A stretch of 64,000 bases of DNA, taken from assembly GCA_951406725.2 (NCBI GenBank), contig OX597817.1:161510001-161574000 (forward strand), read 5' to 3'. Made by a program: the position numbers and the translations under genes. Shown here piece after piece: positions 1 through 12,500 of this stretch (position 1 is its first letter; every line of letters starts with the position of its first letter). Origin of the DNA: Octopus vulgaris. Lineage: Eukaryota. The notes beneath the pieces are model-generated. The model was not told where the DNA came from. It saw nothing but the letters and a program-made list of their open reading frames with translations, and searched no databases.

Positions 1-416
1 TTTTTTTTAGATGCCTACGATTTTAGTCTTGTATTATCTTTTTCTCACCATTTCTTAAGTCGTTTGTTTTAATTTAGGGATTTATATTTACAGTTTTGTT
101 TTTACAAGAATGGGAAACTATGGTTTAAAATGTTTGGTGAGTTTTATTCACTATATTGTTTTAAAAATTCTAATTGCAAATTAACATCAGCAAGCATTTT
201 TTAGCCCATTTAAATATGTGAAAAATTAAACTAGGGACAAAATTTTCACATATTTTTTGCAAATTAAAATGTTTGAAGTCAGAGTTTAAACAATTTTACT
301 GGATCATTCCATAGCGATAAAAGGAAAAAAAAAAAGATGGACTACACTCTTGAATATTAATTAAAAATAGAAATATCTCTTATCTCTGTAGTGAGGTGAT
401 CAAGTAGTTTACTCAC

Positions 417-509
417 CATCCAAACCATTGCTTTGTTCATATCCTCTCTTCTTCATAATGGAAGGCTGACTTGTTGAGACTCGCGGGACTATAGGTTCCA
501 TCTTCGGTT
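417..509 (-). CDS. MTA1: MTA exon (93 nt, phase 1-1): (E)[30 protein letters not shown](G)
   Basis: Acceptor cttctctgcttccag, donor G|gtgagt. [12 protein letters not shown] resembles the vertebrate MTA1 KRSYEQHNGVDG motif as recalled. Phase fits the previous exon. Confidence 0.85.
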
Positions 510-3500
510 CTGGAAGCAGAGAAGTATTAGAAAATGTAGTGAACTTTTTACACTTTATATTATACAGACAACAAAGATATTTGTTGAGGCTTAAAACTTT
601 TATCAGAGCAAACACATTTACGAGTCTGGTGAGGCATAACAAGACGATACATGCGACAGGGCTACACATTTATTAAAGTCTCATATGAAGTTGATTACAT
701 TTTATCAGGTTATCACACCACAAGGAAACAACTATGTACTTGCTTCAGAATGTCACAGGACAAAGCTGCTCAACTACATGCCTTTGTTCTGTTACAATTC
801 AGAAGACAAGATTCTAAGCAAAATATTCACTAAGCCTTAAGACTTCATTGAAATATCAATGAAAGAGAGAGAGGAGGGAAAAGAGAAAAAGAGGAGATGA
901 TAATAAGAGATTCAACTACAACACTCAAAATTTACCTTTATATTTGTAAGAATAAGAAAGCATCACTCTATAGACAGGTTTGACAAATATGAAACATCAA
1001 GTGCAGAGATACACACACAAATACACAACTATGGAAACGGGTACCTAATTCCAATATGCAATATTTAGTTTGCACTATTCAAGGCAGAAGGCAAACATTT
1101 TGCAATAAATAGTAATATATGCTCTACTGCAGTCACAGAAAAAGCTTGTTCCTTAGATACCTAATGACATCTAGAACAAAAATGCTTTTGGATAGCAATG
1201 TATCTCATTAAAGAAATATACTTTAATTAGTGAGCTTGATAAATTACAGTGACCATTAAACCAACTTCAAAAACAACAAAGAAAAAACAGGGTAAACAGT
1301 AACACTAGTGGCAGATGCTGACAATGTTTAATTAAAAACTGAGAAGTCAAATTAGATTGAGTTGATAGTGAAACCCTCTAAGTGATGAGACAAAAGTATG
1401 AAACTAAAGGGAAGGAGTGCACAAATAGGGATTTATAGCTAAATATAAATACTAGTTAATGGAAAATTAAAATATTCTGGTTAGCACACCCTAACATGGT
1501 CCTATGATAAAATAGTTACTAGTTGCTTTTTTTCTTTACATTTTTTTTTTTTGAAAATTCATCCATGTTTTTTTTTTTTTAATTGTGTTTCTTTAATTTT
1601 TTTAAATATCATTTTAAGCAAGCAACCACAGGATCTTTATTGGAAATCATTATTAATGCTTAAACTGGTGAAGTGCTAGACTTGACATGCCAGTGAAAAA
1701 GACATTCTAGTTTCTTTGGGGAGGGAAAACTGTGTCTACATCAGGAACAATTCAGCAAATTTTGGAGTCAACCAGACATGTGCGCAAAGTGAAACAAGAG
1801 CAAACTTGTATAGTTCCATTGGTGATGGACAATCCTCACAATAGACACAAAAAGTTTCTCACCTGGTAAGCGTGTCATAGGTGAAGAGACTGGTGGGAAA
1901 GATAACCTCTGTGGTTGCTTTCTTTGATCACCTTCTGGTCTGCAGAACATAGAAGGTTTTTCCATTTTTATATCTATTCCAAGACGAGAGACAATGGACT
2001 CTAAAGTTGCAGGGGTTTTTGCTTTGATGTTCATAGATAGTCGGTTGCTGCCACCTTCTGTTAACCGCAACTGACCTATAAACAAATAATTATTCATCAG
2101 TACAAACTAAGCTGAAAATTAGGTGTAATATTAAATCATATTATTCATCTAGGATTCATGCAAACGTAGTGGTGGAGGAAAGTTTGTAAATAGATTAGAA
2201 AACACTAGTCCTATACTTCCAATTTCTGGGGGTTCATTTCTCTAATCTTTTGGGTGATTGTGTGGGAGACAATGAAGACCTAGGTTGCCAAGAAACATTG
2301 AAACAGAGCCCATTTCTTCAGTGATGATAGAATCTGTACTATGTACTATCAGAAGGAAGATCAGTGAGAATAGGGAAGTCGAAAGAACCACAAGGCAAAT
2401 AAGAAATACTAACAACTGCTTGAGAGAATAGTAGCATTGAAGAAGGCATGAATGAGGAAAACTTCACCTGGTGAAATCCTGCAGAACGCACAACTTGCTG
2501 ACTCCGGGGTTTATTACTACTGCACACAAGTTGCAGCGAGACAACATTATTTAAGCAGAGTAGCTTTGGTTAGCATGCTGGCAGTTTAAAAATTGGTCAA
2601 AATAGAAAAGCACCAGTTCATTGTTAGGTGTTTCGTGACAATGTAAAAATCTTGACCAAATAATTGGCCATTCCTTGCAGGATCTGTGATCCCCAGTGAG
2701 AAAAACAGTTTCAATTTTTTTTCAATAAAATACAAACATTTAAATCACTGTTGCTCAATTGAACAAGAAACAACAAAGAAGTTTTTTCTTTCTTTATTTT
2801 TTGCTTGTTTTAGAAAATATATTTAAAAAAAAAAAAAGGTCAGCTGGTTTTTCTTTGTAAATAGTTTTTTAATATGGCCTTCCCAATACTGAGATAGATA
2901 AAGTGGATACACCATTCTTGTATTCTGTGTAAAACTACACCACTTCTTACAATAAAATCAACAACATTACTTTCATGCAAGGATTATTTTTTTTTTCTCT
3001 TTTTCTTTTTAAGATATGTATATTTCTGCAGAAATTTATTAAATTTACAATTACTGCTATTTAATGGGGAGGCACTTTATCAAGACAGTAAATCTTTTAA
3101 TAAGGAGCACAACTATATGCAATCATCTACTGATTTTCAATCCACTGCTCATAGAATGAGACAGAATAGCTAGAAATTTGTCTTTCAATAAATTATGAGC
3201 AATGTACAGTAGATGTAAATATTTACATTTCAGCAGATTTCTACAGCAAATACAAAGGCTGCAAAAATGTTCTGCAACAGAAAATGTTGGTGGAAGTTTC
3301 CAACTGCTGTTGGCAAATACTTTATAATCATAAAAAGAAATTATAAAAGATGAAAAATTTACCATTATTGTCAGTGCGTTTTTCAGTGGAAGCTGTCAAT
3401 GCATCAATGAGGTGTCCTTGAGAACCATCTTGAAATATTGGTAATCCGGCAGCTACAATAGAAGATTATTGTTTTAACAGATAACAAACACTGTACAATT

Positions 3501-6500
3501 ATATATTCCAAAAGAATACAAATACTGCAGTACATTAATAAAAATTATATCTTTGTAAATGAATTGCAAGCATGGAAATGTATATAAACTGTTAGACATA
3601 GGAGTGATACACACGAGATTCTAGGACATTATGGTAATAGAGAAAGCTGATTCAAGTTTATTTGATTAAATGCTTTGTGTAAACTGTTGATGGTTGAAGG
3701 AGAATGTACTGGGAAAAGTACAGTGTGGTAGTTTGAGAGAGATGGGAAGGAGCAACGGTTGTAATATACAGTCAATGAGTTCAAAAAGCAAATTGCCAAT
3801 AAGTGTATTAGGTATAACTTGATGATGGGTGAACAGCTGAAGCAAAATGAAGATCTTTTCTTCCACTTTAGATATTAGTTTCTATGAGTATTAATTTGAA
3901 TGAAATATGTCAAAACAATAAAGAGTACAGTCTGATGTACTTTTGAAGGAAGACATGCAGATAGTGGCAAGAAAGAGAGCTAAGCCCCCAAATACATGTA
4001 AGTTGACACAGTCAATTAGAAAGTGCACTGACAATACAGGTTACAATGAGCTGACTAGAACTCAGAGGCAGGCAAAAGACAATTGGTTTCTGGTGACTGA
4101 GTATAAATTGATTATCACTGAGAAGGTAAAGAGATTCAAGGAACATTTGTCATCATTTCCATTATATTAGTGATGAAATGCATAAGACTTTAAGGATCAA
4201 AAGGGTTTTGCTTTTTTGCAAGTTTCTATACTTCATGCTAGATGAAACATGAAGTGAAAGTAACTATTCACATAAAATAACTGTATTCAATAATTGTCCC
4301 ATGTAATTTAAACTATGCACCCACATGAATGACTGGATGATAACACAAATTTTGTAGCCTATCTAACAATTTGAGCTGCCATGACATACTGGGTTGTAGA
4401 GGTCTCAACTGAAGACTGTCTTCCTGTATGGTATAAAGAGCAATATTGCATATAGCATAAAATGCCTTGGGGATACTTGAAAGAAGACTTAAATCTAAAA
4501 CAAAATTCACAAACTTCCACTATTAGATATGATGGTGAACTGAATTATATGGTGCACAATTAGTCAGGTGATCAGGGTCACTTGAGAGTACCTCGGCTAC
4601 AGACACAACAGTACATACAGAGATGGGTTCTAAAAATTGGTGAGTAGGCTGGCACTATTGAATGAGAAACAGCCACAGCTTAAAGGTAACTTAATTCAGA
4701 AAAAAAAAATGTTCTTCATTTCCGACAAACAACTGTTAAGATCTAATATTTTTAGATAAGTGAAAACATCATTTCAATAATGTAGCTTAGGATAGGTGAG
4801 GTGAAGAAATTGATCTTAAAAAAAAAATAATCAAGTAGCAAATATAAACACACAAAATTCAATAATTCAAAGAAATAGCCCTACCATGACCTAGTGTATG
4901 TGTGTGTATATACATACATATATACATATTATATGCACTAGATAGCAGTACACCTCTTGTATTTTTGCTTTTATAAACCAGAGTGTACAAGACTGAACTT
5001 TTTCAGCAATTTAATTTGGAGGTACAATGCTGGTTGTAGCATTATGTACTGTACAATACTAACATAAAACACTGATTGTAAGTCAAGCTACAAAATTATA
5101 AATCAACCTTGCCCAGCCCAAACAGTCCAGTTGTCACAAAATAAAAACCACAGCAATGAAGAAAATATGTGAAATTGTGTTAGCCAGTCACAAAATCCTC
5201 TAGATGGTCAGAGAAACTGATCTGTAATCATTTCCCATAAATATATCTACAAATGAGATAATAAAAAAAAAATCAGAAGTCATTCTTTAGACCTTGCTAT
5301 TTTTAGTTTGGTAGAATCAGGAAGTCAATCAATACACTCCACCCATATAAGTGTGTGAGGGTGGAGGAGTATGACTGAGTATTTGTATACGTGCAGGATA
5401 TATGTGTTTGGATGAGAGGGAGGGAAAAAAAATCAATGACGGTGTGATGAAAACATAGTAGAAAATAGGTCAGAAAGGAAAACATGAAGTCAACAACAAC
5501 TGAAGAACAAACTCTGACTTAGTGCAAGTGTGTTATGGAAATTTTCCATCAGTTGCCTTGTCTATTTCTAGTACTGGTCATACTTTGTGAGAAACAGTGA
5601 GTTCTACAAGTGGCCTTCTTGTGCTGTTTCTAGACCAATGTCTTTGAATACACTTGATACACTACAATCATTGTTGTACCAAGAAAAACCTCTCATTGCA
5701 GTGTTGATACTTTTGTATTTCATGATATAAAAGGTTTAATTATCGGTTTTTAGTAGGTGCAATTTTAAACATCCAAACTAAAAACTTGGTCAGGAGACTT
5801 AACTGACACAACAATGATTCCCAAAATTTTATAGTGGAAAGGAAAGCCTTGAAAATGAGGAAGGTTACATAAGAACTGAAACTGACCATTCAACAATTAA
5901 CATTTATACCATAGTGGAAATTCAAAAATGCTTGACAAATAAGTACTTGTGAGCTTACAGGTAGGGCTGGTGGACACCATTAAGAAAACTAAACATTTCT
6001 AGACTCATCATCGTTTAATGTCCATCTTCCATGCATGTACGGGTAGGACAGGTGACAGGAACCAACCAGGTAGAAAAACTACCCTAGGCTACTGTGTCTG
6101 TTTTGGCAGGGATTTTACGGCTGGATGTCCTAACACTGACAAAAAATTGATTCTATACAACTGCTGCCATTCTGAAGCACCAAAACATATCCCAGTCTGA
6201 ATCATCCGTTTTCTTGAATCCTGGTAAAACCTCGAAGGAGTATTGCCAAGAAATCAACAAAATCCACGAAGAACTGTAATGTTTGGCACCAGTCACAAAG
6301 GACAGATTCTATTCCATGACAATGATTGGCCACATGCCTCAGGAATGATTGCAGAAACAGAATGAGGTGGCTATGAAAATTGACCACATCCATCTTACTC
6401 CCACACCCCTGACTCACAACTACTTTTCTGTGCGTCACTATAACACCCTGCAAAAGAAGGTCTTCAATAACCAAGCAGCAGATCAAAATAACCTTTGACG

Positions 6501-9500
6501 AGTTGAGTGATTCTAGGATTTCTGAATTCTGTATCATCAGAATAAACAGAAATATTTAAAATTGATTTTAACAGTCATTATTTTGATTAATAAAATTTAT
6601 ACTGAGTTCAGATGTATTTCTTTAAAGTTGATGTAAAAACCTTGCCCCCCCCCCTCACCAATCTAGTTCCATCACTACTATACAAAACCTTTAAATATCT
6701 TAATGAAAAGAATGGTAATTTTTGATTAAAACTAAATCACCTGAAACTGCTTAGATTTGAATATACATATTCAAATAAAAATTCCAGCATAAATCAAGTT
6801 AAAACATGATTTCAATAGGTAAACACTAGATGTATGCCATCTGACATTGTTAGGTGATGAAATTTCTGTTTTTGAGATCCCCATCACTTTTTGGCATAAT
6901 GTTGCATAATATAATCTTAAAGCTTCATATACAGAAATATCGATTTATATGAATCTTTCTTAAATACAGTAAATAAAAAATAAATGCATGAAGCATAAAC
7001 ATAGTGGATTCTGGGCTAAATGTCTCAAATTTCTGGTAGAACAACAGTGACAGAGAAAGCAACAATAAACTGACGTGTTCCAAAGAAGTTTCATTTTCTT
7101 TCTATAACTTTCAGAAGAAAACAGACCAAACCAATATCTTTGTAACCCAATAGCCATTGCCTATTCATTTTTTGTTATTCAAAGTGTTCCATACACTAAC
7201 AACTAAAATTAATTGATACACAAATTATAAACCCTGAAATTCTTGAAAATTTGGGTGATGAAGGAGAAAAATATTGCACTAGTTATGAAAATTGACTTTG
7301 GGACTAGAGAAAAGACTTGTCCAGGATCATCATAATTAACAAGTACATCACCATAGTAGCTATTCTTTCCCTTCTTAACTTTTAAGAGAATTCTTTTATC
7401 TATTTATCCATTTGAAATTCCTTCTGATCCTCTCATGATGTTACATCTAATCTCCACATCTCAAAATATGGGACGCATGCTACTTCCACAGTGCTGCCCA
7501 TCTCTTTAAACCACAGCATAATGAACATTTGGTTAAAAACTCTCCGGAACTACTTATATACGAAAATGAATTCCTACCCATATACTACCATTTTAATTAG
7601 TAACAAACAATAGCCTAAATCAATGCTCTAAACCATTGATCTTCCCACTCTTCAGTCTATGGCTCATAAAATCTTGAAGGAAGTGATAAAACAAAGTTAT
7701 GAGAAACTTCCCATTAGTTTTGTATCAGCTCAGAATATTTCTGACAGCTATTGAGAATTTGCTTAATAGTTCAGAATTGGTTTGAGTGAATATTAAAGAC
7801 AGCTCATTAGAACTGAAGGAGAGATTGTCATAATTGGCTAAATAGTAAAATAATAATAATAATAATAATAAAAATGAAATACAACCAGGGCATGTTTATT
7901 ATGGACATAATGACCTTCTCAAGCTACAATATCTGGCTTCCTTGAATTTTTATGCCATTTTCTCCAGATCAGTTTTAAGATCTTTTAATCATTTTAAAAA
8001 TATAGATACCCCTCCAGATTCAGTAATTGTAGCAAGTGAAAAGTTTAACAAGCCTAACTGTTTAAATCTAATACTTCAATTTCCAATAATGAAAACAATT
8101 CAGGTAGCAATAGGAAGAAACAATCTAGAGTTATAACTAATATATAATTTCTTTTTTCCTTTTTGAAAAAGCCAGACCAAACTGTTCTCCCAATGACAAA
8201 GAAAGCAGCGACTATTTCTTTTTGCTTATCCCAATTAAAGTGCTCTAGATATAACAAATATAAGCAGAAAATACACAAAGGAAATTCAGGACAAATTATG
8301 GACTCTTACATAGCTGAACAAAATTTGGACATTTTTCAGCTTAAAAAGAATGGGTTTTAGGAAAATACTAGAACCACACCCATTTCCAGAATTATGACCC
8401 AAATACTAACTTTGTATTGTTCTGTCTGAGTTTTCCTATATGAAACACCAACACTATGATGGCACATGAAGAAAATTAAATACCATTATCTAAATAAGAT
8501 TGCTCTTGGACAGAGTGCAAAAATTATTTAAGCCTTATTATAAATCAGTGAAAAAAAACAAAATGAGACATGAAAAGTGTGATTACTGAGTAATGTTGTC
8601 GGTTATTTTCATACAGAGAGAGGGGTGCAAGACTACATAACCATAGGGTAAGATATGATCTGGAAATTATCACCTCTTTGCTATACAAATATTTTTAACC
8701 AGTATTTCAGTTTGGTCAAACTTACAGAAAGGGTTGCCACTGGACATAAAACAGAAACAAAATTAAAAAGGAGTTAAATAATTCAACAGTACAAAAGGAA
8801 ATTTGCTGGTTATCTAGAGACAAGAAGCAAATTCACTTATCTATGTGTGCTCATGCATGAATGGAAATGGTTCACCATTTGTAAACTTCAACTGAAACAG
8901 TAAAATTGATGCGATAGATCAAAGAGAATCAGCTGAGCTATTACGCAGATGGTAGGCCTAAAAAGTAGTGGTGACCCGATTTGGTATATAATAAAGAGTA
9001 TTGTTGATGTGTTTTACAATATAACAAATCATGAAATGCTCGTAACTGCTGCAGTTCTGAGTAGATGTAGCAATGCAATTGTTTAATGTCTTCCTTACAA
9101 ACTGGCATGGATTGGACAGGTCAACAGGAGTCAATAACCCAGAGGATTGCACCAACTTCCAATGTCTGCTCTGGCATGATTTCACTGCTTCACATAGTGT
9201 TTTTTGCAAAGCACTAGCAAGCTGTCCTAAGTAACTTGCAAGACAAGACCCTTCAACTGAGGTGGGGAGGGTTCTATGGAGAGAGGTGGCCTTATACCAG
9301 ATGATGAGATGTTAAAGAATGATAGATCAGGAACTATTGCTGTAGAGACGATACTTGACTACCCTAGTTGGGAAAAGAGAGAAGCTGGTGAAGAGGGGGT
9401 GTCAGGACATACTCTCAAGTTACAAGAAGGAGAATACAAGTGATCCAAAAGATTGGACAGAGCGAAAGAAGAGTTAGAATATAGAGATGGAGATAGAGGT

Positions 9501-12500
9501 GAATACAGTCAACGGTGAACATGGGTGGTCAATAGTGAATATCAATTTGGAAGGTGAAAGAAATAGGATCAGTGATGTAAAAACAAAAAATATCAGAAAA
9601 ATCTACAAGTGGAATAATTTATATATATATAATATATAAACCAACAGAGATGCAGCATGGAATTTTGTCAGCGAACAGGTCGCGGTTTGAAAGTGACAAA
9701 AATATTTTGACAAATTAAATTTAAATGTTGAAGTGAATCTAACGGTTTTTGTGTGTTTTTAAATGGCTTATAAAAACACCTTCCATGCTGCAATTATTTT
9801 TCTTTCAGCACACAATCTCAAATCAAGTCACTTGCTATGCATGTACATCTCCATAATATATATATATATATATATATATTTTATTTCTTCATATATTTTA
9901 TTTTCTAATTTACTTCATTTCCAGTTTTTGCATTTACTGTTGGGCAATTAGTAAATTCAGCTTAATTAATATTGGGGACTCTTTTCACTGGTGGAGTATG
10001 AAATTTTTCAAAGATTTTGATAAATTTCAGTGTTTCATGCTACTATTTTTACTTTTATAGTGTCCTACTCATGATAGCAAGAACCAGATTTTGATTCCCA
10101 GACTAAATGGTCTGTTGTGTTCTTGAGCAAAACACTTCATTTCATGTTACTCTGTGATCACTTTGTGAGGCACACCATGCACTTGTACAGGCAATGATGG
10201 TTATATGGAGTGAAGGAGTTGATGCACAGCAAACATTTTCTGATCACTATGAACAAATCATTTGTGCAGGTTGTTCAGCAAGAAATTACAGACAACAGGA
10301 GAGTCTACCGTCATGGTGCACTTGTTTTATATACACTCAAATACAAGTGAAAAATTCAATAATGTGCACTAAGCTTCCGCACTAGAATTATCTTATTTAT
10401 TGCAGCTGAAAATTGGCTATTTTATAGAGTAATATTTAAGCAAAATTAAATAATTTTACATTTCATTGAATATGCTGATAATCACAGTTTCTGCTTGACA
10501 GCTTTATTTTCTCTCTGATTAAATAAGAACCTATGACTTGTATTGGTCACATTCTGATCAGGTTCATGCAGATCTTATGACCGTTAATCAACAGAGAGAA
10601 TGATTACAAATCCCATTCTGGATTAGGATTCTCATAATTTCAATGTAAATCTTATTACCAATGAAAAATAAAGATATCATTTGAAGCATGTTGACTGTAG
10701 TGATTAAAGAGAGAAGGAAGTCTCCCGTGTAAGCTAATGAGAGCAGTCATCAGTTCTAAAATGATTTCAACTCCATGATACAACTGCCATTCATTGCATA
10801 GCAATGAGAAAAGCATATTGAATATTTTAGTATTACTATAGTAAAAGTTGACTGGACTCATTTTATTTCAATATAACTTCTGATTAGTTATTGTAAAAGA
10901 CAAACTAAAGTTTAGATACTCACATTCTTGCTTTATCGCTGCAATATTAATGGGAACAAAAGGACACCGAGCTGCATGTCTTGGTCGAAGTATATCTTTG
11001 CATAATCTCCTAGAGATTCTTGTTAGAGGTGTGGTAATAAGACAGAATGCTGCTCGAGTTTTCATCATTGGCCGAGGACTGCCTGCACGAATGGCGAGAC
11101 CATGGGCTGTTGCAAGATGTCTAGCAAGATGAGGTTTTAGTTTGAATTCCTTTGTAGAGAAGAGGGAAAAAAAGGGGAGTTAGATATTGTAAATATAAAG
11201 GGCTACAATGCAAAGTTTATAGAATTTTGATTATTACACAGTTTAGAATGAACTTTCTAAACGCGAAACACTTACCTTACCACATCCTGCTATTGTACAC
11301 CTGTGCATTCGCATAGCATTTAGATGAGCTAATCTCTCTGAAAAAGATTATTTTTATAACAATAAGTATGCATGTGTGTGTGTATAGCAGAACAAGGTTA
11401 TGGAGTGTGGTGGTTGTAGTACTGTTGGCAATATATTCAATGTGTATACGGGTAGCATGTATCTATAAAATACACGTTTTGACTTCCTTTTGAGTATTTA
11501 TACACGTGTGTGTGAGTGTGTGTGTATGTGTGAGTATGTGTGTGGACCTGCTTTTATGATGTATGGGCAATGTACTAGATATACTGTATGAACAGTACTA
11601 TTTACTGTTTAGTTGCAATATGTAAGCATTGTAAGTGGAAACATTTATATAAACAGAAACATAAGAATTTCAGCAAACTAAAATGTCACAAAACATTTCT
11701 CCACCTCCATAACAAGCATACAGATGACACAAACATTGCAAAATGATGAAAACAGGGTAGAGGAGTGCCAACATAATATGAAAAACCCACAAGTCTATTT
11801 AGACAGAGATAATATGTCAGTTCTAACACAACTGTGTACACAATATAAATATCAGTAAAACAAAGTCAGATGGCATGTTCTGTATTGGTACACTAAAGTG
11901 TTAAAACTATTATTAAGGTAATTGATAAAGAAAAACAAAAGTTTTGTTCCCCAAACCCATCCCTCTAATATATTTAGATATCTGAAAGATTTTACTGGAG
12001 AACAGAATATATCAAGCAAGTAAAATAAAGAAAGAAATTTAAACAAAATTATATTGTAATTGAAGTTCACCAAAATTCACAAATGCATCATCCTTACAGA
12101 CATAAGTGTAAACAATAATGTCACAGTTTGGTCAGCAAACCGGTACCCTCAATTTTGGGAAACAGGATCAAAATTTCTATGATGATAATTTTTCTTTAAA
12201 ATTAGTTAATTCTCAATAGCTATGTGTAAAATTTTAATGGGATAATGAAAAGTGAAGAATACCTGTATAGTCACCTTTTCTTGCTCTAGGCTTCACACTT
12301 GCGCACACGCACGCATGCACACACACACATTTCCTATATATTTTTCTGAACTCTTAAAAATATGTTGCTGTATGTGAAAGCTAGAAGCTCTAGAATGGAA
12401 CATGGAGCATCTAACTAGGATTAAGAGGAGCTGGTGTACTGAAATGCACCCAATACCCTTAATAATTCTAAAGGCACTCAGCAAAAAAAAAATAAATAAA

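Noticed and set aside
1161-1170. Possible 10-nt microexon (ttttgttctag|ATGTCATTAG|gtatct)
   Set aside because: Not a multiple of 3, weak donor, and the flanking exons already join in frame.
2339-2527. Minus-strand 62-aa ORF just upstream of exon 1863-2075 as an alternative exon
   Set aside because: Candidate acceptors give stops or frameshifts, and the donor (gtgaag) is weak.
3660-4560. Possible ancient LINE RT remnant (CTDNT...[10 protein letters not shown])
   Set aside because: Similarity to YADDT...WF..NKL motifs is too faint to support without a profile search.
10950-11132. Plus-strand ORF overlapping an MTA exon (likewise 30473-30919 and 52086-52457)
   Set aside because: Antisense shadows of real coding sequence, with no independent motif.
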